Shown one piece after another: positions 27,039 to 35,887 of a stretch of 64,000 nt of DNA. Source of the DNA: a virus; IMG/VR virus record IMGVR_UViG_3300045988_083449, positions 481-64,480 of that record; one strand, given 5' to 3'. Below the pieces are notes generated by a model. That model searched no databases. It was not told the origin of the DNA and worked only from the letters and a program-made list of their open reading frames with translations. Made by a program: the position numbers and the translations under genes. The number at the start of each line of letters is the position of its first letter. Within the stretch, counting starts at the first letter, position 1.

Positions 27039-27128
27039 TGGTCGGAAGGGATGGATTTGAACCACCGAGTCACCACTAGGGGAAACGGATTTACAGTCCG
27101 CCGCTTTCAACCGCTCAGCCACCTTCCG
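27039..27128 (-). tRNA. tRNA-Tyr (GUA), type II with long variable arm, CCA encoded
   Basis: Acceptor CGGAAGG/CCTTCCG, anticodon arm GCGGA-CTGTAAA-TCCGT, an 18-nt variable region, and T arm GGTGG-TTCAAAT-CCATC followed by A-CCA. Confidence 0.85.
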
Positions 27129-27134
27129 ATTTAG

Positions 27135-27893
27135 TTTTAAACCCCCTGTGTATCAAGAGGCTTAAAACTGAGGTCTGTAAAGGTGAAAAACAGACCTCAG
27201 AGTGGAAATACAACTTTCTTTACTGAAGTTACTTAATGTGATTCCTTTCATTAAGTAACGTAATAATAGTAACGTTAAAGGAAATAAATGTAAAGCTCAA
27301 GGTAATAGTGATTACCCTAATAACGACATAACTTATTGAATTTTAAATAATTAAAGACGAAATAATCTCTAATAACTATAAATAGTTATTACTGTAATTA
27401 AGAGAAATATTTATCTGTAGAAATGTTTAATTGTTTCTACGATACTGTAGTAACGTTTCTCGGATTACATATCGGAATGTAATCCGACCTGCACTTCGCC
27501 CTACCCAGCCGAGACTAGGTTAGGGCACAGGTCAAATCACATCAGGAGATTTTTCAACCTCTCCTGTGGGTTCCTGCTGTAGAGCTCGTTGGTGCTCGGC
27601 TCCGCTCTGCACCAGTCCTTTGGGGTCTCTACTCAACCTCTCCCAAGATAGCTAATCACTCAAAGGCCAGTCGTTCACACCACCACTCCTTTGAACTTTT
27701 GCTATCGGCTTCGGACAATTCCCAAGTAGCCTTGTAATTCATCGACCTCCGTCTACAGTTCATCACTGCTTACCGAATCGACGTTCTCATTATAGGTATT
27801 AAGTGAAATGAATGTAATGCTTAATGTTTAGGTATTTACCCATATATAGCAGTTTTCAAACGATATTTTTGTGTCTAAGTCATTCTCTCTTTT
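27135..27893. other. 759-bp ORF-free, hairpin-dense region; candidate large structured ncRNA or origin
   Basis: No track ORF of 60 aa or more in any frame. I count at least 9 perfect stems of 6-10 bp, for example GTTACTTAAT/ATTAAGTAAC, CGGATTACAT/ATGTAATCCG, AATAACTAT/ATAGTTATT and GAGGTCTG/CAGACCTC. Confidence 0.5.
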
Positions 27894-29807
27894 ATGACTA
27901 GCGCTTGGTTTGATTACAGAAATCAAAGCTCACCGAATCAACATATTGCGTTCGTAACTGATCTGTCTCAGCATCAGACGGCTTTGATGAATTATCAGGA
28001 CATCTCTGATCTTCTGACTGAAGATCAAGAGAGGAGACTTGTTGATTATGTGAAGGTAATCAGCGAAATGTCCTATGACTCTATCTCGAAACGTTACGAC
28101 CACTGGAAGGAAAGTGACCGTGCTCACGACTTGTATGTTCCGCCGGATGCAACACGCTTCAGAAACAAGGTGGTGATTGCAGATACCCGTGCAATTAGTG
28201 ACACGGTGCTGACGTACTTCATGGCGGCTATCACCGGGCGTAATCCAATGTTCCAGCTAGAGGGGCTTAATCGAGAGTCTAGAAAGGCTTCTGCGTTGCT
28301 GGAAAGGGTACTGCACCAGCAGATGCGTAAAACTGCGGCAGACGCTCATTTAGCCATGCTCTTCCTAGATTCAATTCGGTATGGCTTCGCACCTACAAAG
28401 GTTGTGTGGTCAGACAAGCTCAACACGAACCTGCTGATCAACGCCGACCCGAGAAAGACATTCCCTGACCCGAGAGTTCAAGCAGGTGATGTGCAGAATA
28501 TGCAGTTCATTGTGTTCTCCGAACACGCCTCAGGGTCAGCCTTGGTAAGAACAGGTCTCTATCCGAAGTTAATCAAATATCCTCGGATGCTTGAGAACGA
28601 TATTGAATGCGCTGGTTGGAGCAGCCATACGTGGCACAAGGAGGAAGGCAATGGGTGGAATATCAATCAAACCGAGATTAACGACAGTAACGACGTGGGC
28701 TACTTCCGTGTGGGCAAGAGTCATGTCGTGGACGAAGCATGGATTGTGTTCAACGGGGCTGACATCGGTATGCCAGGACTCGGACAAGTGTGGATGGTTG
28801 TGGCGATTTTGGACGAGCGTTTCGTCATTCGTTGCCAACTTAATCCGTATGGTCAGAGCTTTCCTTGTGCGATTGGAGGATTTGGGTTCGATAGTCATAA
28901 GACACATCAGCAATCCCTTTACGATCTGCTTTTACCTTTACATAACCTTGGCACTTGGCTGCTTCGTTCTCGCATTGACAACGTACAGTCCGCTTTAAAC
29001 AACCTTATCTTCGTTGACCCGCAACGTGTAGCGGTTCACGACTTGATTAACCGAAACCCTTGGGGTGTCGTTAGAACACTTCCGGGCACAAAACCTGGAG
29101 ATGGCATTCAGATTGCACAGATACCTGACGTTACTCGTGGACATTGGCAGGATATACAGCTCTTGGGTGACATGAAGCAGAGACTTTCCGCCGCTTCTGA
29201 CGCTCAACAGGGTATGCCGACATCCGACGGCATCCGTTCCGCCACTGAAATCTCACGATTGACCCAGTTAGGTAGCCAACGACTTGGTGTTCTGTCTCGG
29301 ATTATTTCTGCAACAACGATACGTCCTATCGTCCGAATGATGGTAAGCAACGTACAGGATGCGTTGCGTTTCAATACGTCGTTGCGAGTGTCCGAGACAG
29401 ATGCCAATACGATCTTCGCTTCTATGTCTGAGGATGGTTATGTGGATATTGACCAGAATATGCTGGAAGGCGATGTTGAATACCTTGTTGTAGACGGAAC
29501 ACTGCCAGTTGAACCGACACGTTCTCCTGAAACTTGGTTGCAGATTATGCAGGTTGTCGGTCAGGCAGGTATGCAGATGGAATACGACATGGGAAGATTG
29601 GTTGAAGAGTCTATCCGTGCAATGGGTGTTCCCGATATTGACCAATTCAAGATTGATCAGAAGCGTCAAGCTCGTGAAGGTCTTACTCCGTCTCAGAAGA
29701 TGGCGATTATGGAGAAGATGCGAGGTCAGTCTTCCGTCATGCCGCAGGAACAAATCGAACAGGAAGTTATGAAAGGGAACCTCGTTCCCATGAAGGATGC
29801 AATGTAA
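27894..29807 (+). CDS. portal protein (putative)
   Basis: 637 aa; first late gene, upstream of the scaffold and capsid genes. Assigned by size and position only. Confidence 0.5.
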   Translation: MTSAWFDYRNQSSPNQHIAFVTDLSQHQTALMNYQDISDLLTEDQERRLVDYVKVISEMSYDSISKRYDHWKESDRAHDLYVPPDATRFRNKVVIADTRAISDTVLTYFMAAITGRNPMFQLEGLNRESRKASALLERVLHQQMRKTAADAHLAMLFLDSIRYGFAPTKVVWSDKLNTNLLINADPRKTFPDPRVQAGDVQNMQFIVFSEHASGSALVRTGLYPKLIKYPRMLENDIECAGWSSHTWHKEEGNGWNINQTEINDSNDVGYFRVGKSHVVDEAWIVFNGADIGMPGLGQVWMVVAILDERFVIRCQLNPYGQSFPCAIGGFGFDSHKTHQQSLYDLLLPLHNLGTWLLRSRIDNVQSALNNLIFVDPQRVAVHDLINRNPWGVVRTLPGTKPGDGIQIAQIPDVTRGHWQDIQLLGDMKQRLSAASDAQQGMPTSDGIRSATEISRLTQLGSQRLGVLSRIISATTIRPIVRMMVSNVQDALRFNTSLRVSETDANTIFASMSEDGYVDIDQNMLEGDVEYLVVDGTLPVEPTRSPETWLQIMQVVGQAGMQMEYDMGRLVEESIRAMGVPDIDQFKIDQKRQAREGLTPSQKMAIMEKMRGQSSVMPQEQIEQEVMKGNLVPMKDAM

Positions 29808-30913
29808 TGGCAGAAACAAAACCGATTGGTGAACAGCTACGATTCCTTTCCGCAAAGACGGGAGATCACGAACTTGATGCGTACTTAGAGGCGTGTGAAA
29901 TCGGAAGTCGTCCAGTTTATGACTTGTTGGAGGAAATTTTCTCAGACACCACAGGCCACGTAAGACCTGACTTCATTCGCTTACGTGTAGGAGGGGACTT
30001 CCAGCTTCAGATTCGAGCTGGTCAGTATGACGAGGATGGAGAAGGATGGCAGAACACAGGAGCTTTCTTTGCAAAGTTCCGTGGAAACTGGACACCTAAC
30101 ACTGCTTACCATGCTACGGACTATGTGGTTATCGAGAACATCGTTCAAATTTGTACAGAAGATCACACTTCAGCGCTGTTGCCGAACCGACAGAAGTTCA
30201 TTGCGCTGGTCGGTGCTCCATCGTTAGGTGCTTTATCTCAGGTCACGCCTACAGCGGACACGTTAGTCTTCTTCACGGGCGACAATTCCTCCGCTTTATG
30301 TACGCTTACACCGTATGCCCGACAGCTTTTAGATGATAGAAATCCCGCAGAAATGAGAGGCACCCTGCAACTGGGTGACTTCGCTACGGAAAATCATAAC
30401 GGTTGTAAGGCAATCAGGATGATTGAGCCTCTGACGTTAAATGATGACCCGATAGTTCCGCTTCATGCTGCGACGAAGCAGTATGTTGACCGCTTAATCC
30501 AAGAACTTGATGCAAAGAAAGAAGACGGATTAGGTTACACACCGCTCGATTCAGCGGGGGGAACTATGACAGGCCCTCTCTATGCGGCTAGAGAACCTGA
30601 GTCTGCGACAGAAGTAGCAACAAAAGCATACGTTGACGGACGAATCAACGAAGCTGATTACCTTGACTTAGCGACAGGGGGAACGGTAAACGGCCCTGTA
30701 ACGATCAAAGCAGGTAACAACACATTTACGGTCAGTCCTAACGGGATTACCTACAACGGAAAGAACCTTACGTGGGACGGAAACCTTACAAAGGAACAGG
30801 TCATTAGAGCTTTGGGCTATACACCGCTTCCTGATACCAACCCAACCATTCATGGCAACGCTTATTGCGAAGGACAGTTACGAGCAAGAGGCGACATTAT
30901 TGCCTTTACCTAG
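29807..30913 (+). CDS. fibre-like structural protein
   Basis: Repeated ATK(Q/A)YVD motifs plus GGTMTGPL and GGTVNGPV motifs, which are common in phage fibre proteins. Confidence 0.5.
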   Translation: MAETKPIGEQLRFLSAKTGDHELDAYLEACEIGSRPVYDLLEEIFSDTTGHVRPDFIRLRVGGDFQLQIRAGQYDEDGEGWQNTGAFFAKFRGNWTPNTAYHATDYVVIENIVQICTEDHTSALLPNRQKFIALVGAPSLGALSQVTPTADTLVFFTGDNSSALCTLTPYARQLLDDRNPAEMRGTLQLGDFATENHNGCKAIRMIEPLTLNDDPIVPLHAATKQYVDRLIQELDAKKEDGLGYTPLDSAGGTMTGPLYAAREPESATEVATKAYVDGRINEADYLDLATGGTVNGPVTIKAGNNTFTVSPNGITYNGKNLTWDGNLTKEQVIRALGYTPLPDTNPTIHGNAYCEGQLRARGDIIAFT

Positions 30914-30921
30914 GAGAACCG

Positions 30922-31080
30922 ATGGAGAAAAACAAGATTCAGATTGAGATCACCAACGATCAAGCTCGTAGAGCGTTAGCCGTACTTTCTCAGGGAAAGT
31001 ATTCGGAAGTCGCAGACGTTATTTCTGCAATAGTCCTTGGCCTCAAGAACAAGGTTAAAGGGAAGGATGACGAAGACTAA
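30922..31080 (+). CDS. small hypothetical protein
   Basis: ATG at 30922 follows AGGAGA (MEKNKIQIE...). The track ORF starts earlier, at 30865. Confidence 0.4.
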   Translation: MEKNKIQIEITNDQARRALAVLSQGKYSEVADVISAIVLGLKNKVKGKDDED

Positions 31081-31343
31081 TGGAGCCCGTTACGAAACAA
31101 GACCTAGCTGAGATCAACCATAAGCTCGACGGCCTTACCGAGCTCATGGAACGCCTGACAAGACAGGAAGAACGGAATAGTTCTCACAGCCGACGAATTG
31201 AGAACCTTGAAAAAGGATTGTCTGAGGTGAAAGCTGAGTGTGCAAGTATCTCCTCCCAGTTGGAGAAGATCGTTAATCGCCTTTGGGGTGTGGCTTTCGT
31301 CCTCTCCTTAGGTTTTACTTTATTGCAAGTATTCCTTAAGTAA
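31080..31343 (+). CDS. tail-anchored coiled-coil membrane protein (lysis-cassette associated)
   Basis: Coiled-coil N-terminus and one C-terminal TM segment (VAFVLSLGFTLLQVFL). Adjacent to the holin and endolysin genes. Confidence 0.4.
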   Translation: MEPVTKQDLAEINHKLDGLTELMERLTRQEERNSSHSRRIENLEKGLSEVKAECASISSQLEKIVNRLWGVAFVLSLGFTLLQVFLK

Positions 31344-31345
31344 TC

Positions 31346-31891
31346 ATGCTGTCAATCCTGTCCGCCATCTTCGGATTCTTAGCCCCGTTTATTCCTGAGG
31401 TTATTAAGACCTACCAACGTCATCAGGACGATAAACACGAGTTGGAGATGTTTCGCCTTCGTGTTGAACAGGCCGAGAAGGAGCACCTGTATCGCATGGA
31501 CGAGATCGGTGCAATGGCAGACATTAACGAGACAGTTGCCATCCATCGGGAATCTCCGACAACTGGAATCCAACTGGTTGATACCGTTCGACAATGGACG
31601 GAAGGAGCATGGTACTCCCCGATCATTATGGTTCCAGGGTTCTTTATCTACGCTCTATTAGACGTTCTCAATACGCTAGTAAGACCCGCCGTTACCTACG
31701 GCATGATCTTTATGTACTGCTTGGTTAAGTACGGTTTGTACCTTGAAGCTATGAAAAACGGTATGCCGTTGGAAAGCACCGTACAACTCCTTTGGTCTGA
31801 AGATGATCTTGCAGTCCTGACGCTTGTTCTTTCCTATTGGTTTGGCGCAAGAAGTGCAAAGCAATTCTTAAAGGGTAAGTCCATTGAGTAA
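31346..31891 (+). CDS. putative holin (multi-TM membrane protein)
   Basis: Hydrophobic N-terminus, a charged helix, then further TM segments. It lies immediately upstream of and overlaps the endolysin gene. Confidence 0.5.
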   Translation: MLSILSAIFGFLAPFIPEVIKTYQRHQDDKHELEMFRLRVEQAEKEHLYRMDEIGAMADINETVAIHRESPTTGIQLVDTVRQWTEGAWYSPIIMVPGFFIYALLDVLNTLVRPAVTYGMIFMYCLVKYGLYLEAMKNGMPLESTVQLLWSEDDLAVLTLVLSYWFGARSAKQFLKGKSIE

Positions 31892-32381
31892 GTTGCCGGA
31901 TGAAGTTCACGAGAAAGTATCTTCACTAGCAAAGCCGTTTGAGAAACTAGAACGTCTTGGAAAGGACGGACTTGTTTACGCATACCACGACCCTGTTGGG
32001 TATCCGACTATTGGGTATGGGCATCTTCTTTCCCGTAAGCGTTACGAAGACCTAAAGAAGTTCAAGCCGATTGAAAGAGAAGTAGCCGAAGCTCTCCTTC
32101 AAAAAGACATCGAGAAGGCAGGACTAGCTGTCTCACGACTTCTAAAAACAGAGGTGGATGTCGATCAGTTCTCAGCTCTAACTGACTTCGCATTCAATGT
32201 GGGTGCGGGAAATCTACAAATTTCAACGTTGCTAAAGAAGGTTAATAGACGAGATTTTGAGGGAGCTGCTTTGGAGTTTCCCAAGTGGATTTATTCAAAC
32301 GGGATAAAACTCAGAGGACTTCTCAGAAGGAGACTTGCTGAGCAAAAGATGTTTTTAGGAGAGACGAGTGACGAAGGATGA
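31884..32381 (+). CDS. endolysin, GH24 (T4-lysozyme-like) muramidase
   Basis: FEKLE...VYAYHDPVGYPTIGYGHLL...ALTDFAFNVG is the classic phage lysozyme signature. Confidence 0.8.
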   Translation: MSKLPDEVHEKVSSLAKPFEKLERLGKDGLVYAYHDPVGYPTIGYGHLLSRKRYEDLKKFKPIEREVAEALLQKDIEKAGLAVSRLLKTEVDVDQFSALTDFAFNVGAGNLQISTLLKKVNRRDFEGAALEFPKWIYSNGIKLRGLLRRRLAEQKMFLGETSDEG

Positions 32382-32640
32382 TTTGACGGCAGTAGACCCG
32401 ATGATCGTAAAGAAGGTTGGGTATTTAAAAGAGTTTGTTAATTCCGACGGATGGAAACTCATTAAAGAGGAAATCCGAAAACAAATCTACGATCATACGG
32501 TTGCCTTCGGCTCCAAGGCTGAAATGTCTATCCATGAAATTGATTACCGCCGTGGAGCGTTACTCACACTCAATGGCTTTCTCAGCTATCCCGACAATCT
32601 TCTTGAATCTTTAGAGAACCAATTACCGCTTAACGAATAG
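32368..32640 (+). CDS. hypothetical protein
   Basis: 90-aa ORF between the endolysin and scaffold genes. Confidence 0.45.
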   Translation: MTKDDLTAVDPMIVKKVGYLKEFVNSDGWKLIKEEIRKQIYDHTVAFGSKAEMSIHEIDYRRGALLTLNGFLSYPDNLLESLENQLPLNE

Positions 32641-32651
32641 GAGAGACACGA

Positions 32652-33722
32652 ATGGACGGTACAGATCAGGACATCATTAACCAACTTTCTAACCAGCTTT
32701 TAGGAGGAGCCGCAGGTCAACAAGCTCCTGTCTCCACACCTCCGCAGGAGGCCACACCACAGCCTGAGGTGCCTACGGAACCTCCTAAAGCTGACCCTAA
32801 TCCCACAGCTATTGAACAGGCAACTAAGCAGGGTGAGCCAAAGGACGGAGAAGGTGAATCTCCAATTGATATTTACGATATCAAAATGAAGGACGGTAAC
32901 GTCCAGCAATTCACTCAGGCTCAGATCGCAAACACGATGGAACGTTATGCAAGTCTGAACTCCCGGATGTTGGATAACAAAGATGTGCTCGACTTCGCTT
33001 CTCGTATCACTGAACAAGCTAAGAAGAACGGCTACACGCCTAAGGCTGGTGAGGTTGCGTCATTTCTTCAGGAAGCTGTAAAGGCATATACAAAGAACCC
33101 AACAATGGGCAATGTCGAAAAGAAACAACAGAATCCTGCCGACGGTCAGGAGGGGAAACCTGCACAGCCTCCTGCGGATGATGCCCTTGCCAACTGGGAA
33201 CGTGATAATGGTTTGAAACTTCCGCCTGGCTTTAGAGAACAGAACCAGGCAATGCAGAAGATGGCCCAGCAACTTCAGCAGATGCAACAGATGCTTGTTC
33301 AGATGCAGAACGGCGGAGCACAGTCTGCACAGCAAGGTCAACAGGCTCTCCAACAGGCACAGAAGACACAGGCAAACACCCAGCAGATGCAAGTGAAAAT
33401 GAACCTGAAAGAAGCCGCCAACACTAACGGAGTACCTGATGAACGAGCTAATGACTTCATGCTGTTTGCTATGCAACGTGGCTATACACCCGCCGACTTC
33501 CTTGACCCGCAGGTTGCCAACACATTGATGGCCGACTTCAGAGCAAACATGGATGCACCTGAAATTGCACGTCTGCGTGGCGTAATGGAACGCCGACAGG
33601 CATATACGGGAAATCCGACAGGAACTCCCTCTAATGCTGGTGCAGGAATCCCGCCTCAAGTGAGCCCTGATCAGCAGTTTATGAACGACTACATCAAGAA
33701 GGTTATGGCTAGTCGGATGTAG
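32652..33722 (+). CDS. scaffolding protein (putative)
   Basis: Q/A/P-rich, predicted helical, low-complexity sequence (QQMQQMLVQMQNGGAQSAQQGQQALQQAQ). It lies directly upstream of the capsid gene. Confidence 0.55.
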   Translation: MDGTDQDIINQLSNQLLGGAAGQQAPVSTPPQEATPQPEVPTEPPKADPNPTAIEQATKQGEPKDGEGESPIDIYDIKMKDGNVQQFTQAQIANTMERYASLNSRMLDNKDVLDFASRITEQAKKNGYTPKAGEVASFLQEAVKAYTKNPTMGNVEKKQQNPADGQEGKPAQPPADDALANWERDNGLKLPPGFREQNQAMQKMAQQLQQMQQMLVQMQNGGAQSAQQGQQALQQAQKTQANTQQMQVKMNLKEAANTNGVPDERANDFMLFAMQRGYTPADFLDPQVANTLMADFRANMDAPEIARLRGVMERRQAYTGNPTGTPSNAGAGIPPQVSPDQQFMNDYIKKVMASRM

Positions 33723-33746
33723 TAAATAAAAATTTTTATACGAAAG

Positions 33747-33771
33747 GAGCAGTTTTCCCACTGCTCTTTTT
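33747..33771 (+). terminator. intrinsic terminator
   Basis: GAGCAGT-TTTCCC-ACTGCTC followed by TTTTT. Confidence 0.7.
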
Positions 33772-33861
33772 GTTTAAAGGGAATATGTGCTTTGTCGATT
33801 TCGATGGAGCAAACGAACTCCTGAAATCAATTGAAAAATTCATTAAGGAGATATTCACTTT

Positions 33862-35124
33862 ATGGCACAACGTGCAATTGCAGGACTTCGTGGTACTGGT
33901 CAGTTTGATGAAAACACACGACCGACCAATTGGCGTGAAACGTTTACATTGCTGGAACCGAACGGTACTGCTCCGTTGAATGCGCTTTTGTCCTTTGCTC
34001 ATTCCACGCCGACAGACGACCCGAAGTACAACCATTTCCGTGACGAACTTCCGTCTCGTGTGTTGAAGGTATCCACTGCCACAACCGATTCTGCGACATC
34101 AATTGTCGTTACCGCTGACGACAACGTTCCGTTCGTTGTTGAAAACGCAACTCTCTACAACACCCGCACTGGTGAAGTTATGAGAGCTACGGCTGACGCC
34201 AATACTTCCACGAACACTCTTACAGTTGCTCGTGGCGCTGGTGGCTCCTCTACTAAGAAAGCTGTATCCCAGGGCGACGAACTCGTTATCATCGGCTACG
34301 CCGCAAAAGAAGGTTCTGGCAAACCGTCCGTTGCAACGTTTGACCCCACAACGGATTACAACTACACCCAGATTTTCAAGACTGGCGTTTCCATCACTGG
34401 TACTTTGAAACAGACCTATCTGCGTACTGGCGATAAAGAATCCGAAATGTTGACCAAGGCTCTTAAGAACCACATGGCTGACATTGAACGTGCATTCTTC
34501 TTTGGTCAGAGAGCAATCGAAGACGAGAACACCGCTACACCTCGTCGTTACACAGGCGGTTTGTTCTCCATGATTCCTAATGTCATTGATGCCGCTTCCG
34601 CCTTTGAAGACGAAAACGTCATCACTGAATACGAATTTGATCGTCTGTTGATCGAAGACTTGTTCGCTTGGGGTTCTAAGGAAAAAGTCATGTTCTGTGG
34701 CCCGAGAGTTATTTCTAACCTCATGCAGATCGCAAAAAATCGTTGGCAGCCGACTGCTGTAGACAATGCTTACGGCGTTTCCTTCGCTCGTTATCACACC
34801 TTTGCAGGTGACCTGCTTGTTTATATGCACCCGCTGTTCCGTCAGATTCCGTCCATGAACTCCAACGGCATCATCCTTGATATGGATTCCCTTGGCTATC
34901 GTTACATGAACGGTCGTGACACAACTCTGAAACGTGACGTTCAGGCTAACGACGTGGATGCGTCCGAACACTTCTACATCACTGAATGCGGTCTTGAACT
35001 GCTTCAGGCAAAACCTCACGCCATCATCAAGAACTGGCAGAGCGTTCGTCCTCTTGCAACCAAACCGTCTGAAGGCGGAGCTGGTGGAGCTGGTAGCACT
35101 GGTGGTGCAGGTCAGGGAGGCTAA
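33862..35124 (+). CDS. major capsid protein (putative)
   Basis: 420 aa, directly after the scaffold gene, with a strong RBS (AAGGAGA) and strong terminators on both sides. Gly-rich C-terminal tail. Confidence 0.6.
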   Translation: MAQRAIAGLRGTGQFDENTRPTNWRETFTLLEPNGTAPLNALLSFAHSTPTDDPKYNHFRDELPSRVLKVSTATTDSATSIVVTADDNVPFVVENATLYNTRTGEVMRATADANTSTNTLTVARGAGGSSTKKAVSQGDELVIIGYAAKEGSGKPSVATFDPTTDYNYTQIFKTGVSITGTLKQTYLRTGDKESEMLTKALKNHMADIERAFFFGQRAIEDENTATPRRYTGGLFSMIPNVIDAASAFEDENVITEYEFDRLLIEDLFAWGSKEKVMFCGPRVISNLMQIAKNRWQPTAVDNAYGVSFARYHTFAGDLLVYMHPLFRQIPSMNSNGIILDMDSLGYRYMNGRDTTLKRDVQANDVDASEHFYITECGLELLQAKPHAIIKNWQSVRPLATKPSEGGAGGAGSTGGAGQGG

Positions 35125-35132
35125 TTAACTAA

Positions 35133-35153
35133 GGGAGCTTCGGCTCCCTTTTT
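35133..35153 (+). terminator. intrinsic terminator with UUCG tetraloop
   Basis: GGGAGC-TTCG-GCTCCC followed by TTTTT. Confidence 0.85.
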
Positions 35154-35198
35154 AAGGAGAACTTATGACTTGTAAGAAGAAAGGTAAAGGAAGAGGAA

Positions 35199-35453
35199 AT
35201 GGCGGTCACTGCAAATAAGAAAGAAGTTGTTAAGGAAGAAGGTGCGTTCGTAACGTATTCCACCGTTCGTCCTTGCAACATCCTCTTTAACATTCTTTGT
35301 AAGGGCGAGATTATTTACGGACGTTTCGCAGATCACCGCACAGCGGTTCGTTTTGACGTGCCGAAACACTTGGTGTCTGTATTTGATAAACACCATCATG
35401 TTCGTAAAGGCTTCATTGTTCCGTTGTCTAAGCTCCCGAAGAACCTTCAGTGA
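35199..35453 (+). CDS. hypothetical protein
   Basis: 84-aa ORF with a GGAAGAGGA RBS. Confidence 0.45.
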   Translation: MAVTANKKEVVKEEGAFVTYSTVRPCNILFNILCKGEIIYGRFADHRTAVRFDVPKHLVSVFDKHHHVRKGFIVPLSKLPKNLQ

Positions 35454-35473
35454 AGGTTGGGATTGGTAAGTAA

Positions 35474-35887
35474 ATGGCTGAGTCGGTTTCTCCAATCTCC
35501 CCGCATATCGGTGACGGTTTAACGTCACCTTTATCTGTCCTAACAAACAGAGCTCTTCGCAGATACGGAGAGTGGAATGCATCTACCGTTGATGCAGAAA
35601 CGCAGTCCTTGTTTATCGACTTGGCTAATGAAATTGTTGATGATGTTCGTGGTCATCCGTACTGGAATAACTTTCCCGAACTTGAGTATTACGTTTCCTC
35701 TGAAGACGTAAGACCTGTTCCCGATCCCGTGATGATTGCTGGTTTGTTAGCTAAATTCGCAGTGAATCAAGGTTCTAATAAGTGGGAAAAGTACGAGAAC
35801 GATTATTACCAAAGACTCAATCAGCACCTTTATTACGGGGCCACTGGTGGCTCTATGCCTCTTAACCTTCAAGTAGTGAGACGTTAA
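35474..35887 (+). CDS. hypothetical virion protein (possible head-tail adaptor)
   Basis: 137 aa. Assigned by position after the capsid gene only. Confidence 0.3.
   Translation: MAESVSPISPHIGDGLTSPLSVLTNRALRRYGEWNASTVDAETQSLFIDLANEIVDDVRGHPYWNNFPELEYYVSSEDVRPVPDPVMIAGLLAKFAVNQGSNKWEKYENDYYQRLNQHLYYGATGGSMPLNLQVVRR

Noticed and set aside
26749-27134. ORFs 26749..26955(+) and 26853..27134(+)
   Set aside because: They lie antisense across the tRNA genes and the structured spacer, so they are artefacts of an RNA-coding region.
33060-35019. Long antisense ORFs 33060..33761(-), 33736..34035(-) and 34099..35019(-)
   Set aside because: These are shadow frames opposite the scaffold and capsid genes. 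They lack an RBS, are Cys/His/Leu-rich, and would break the late operon.
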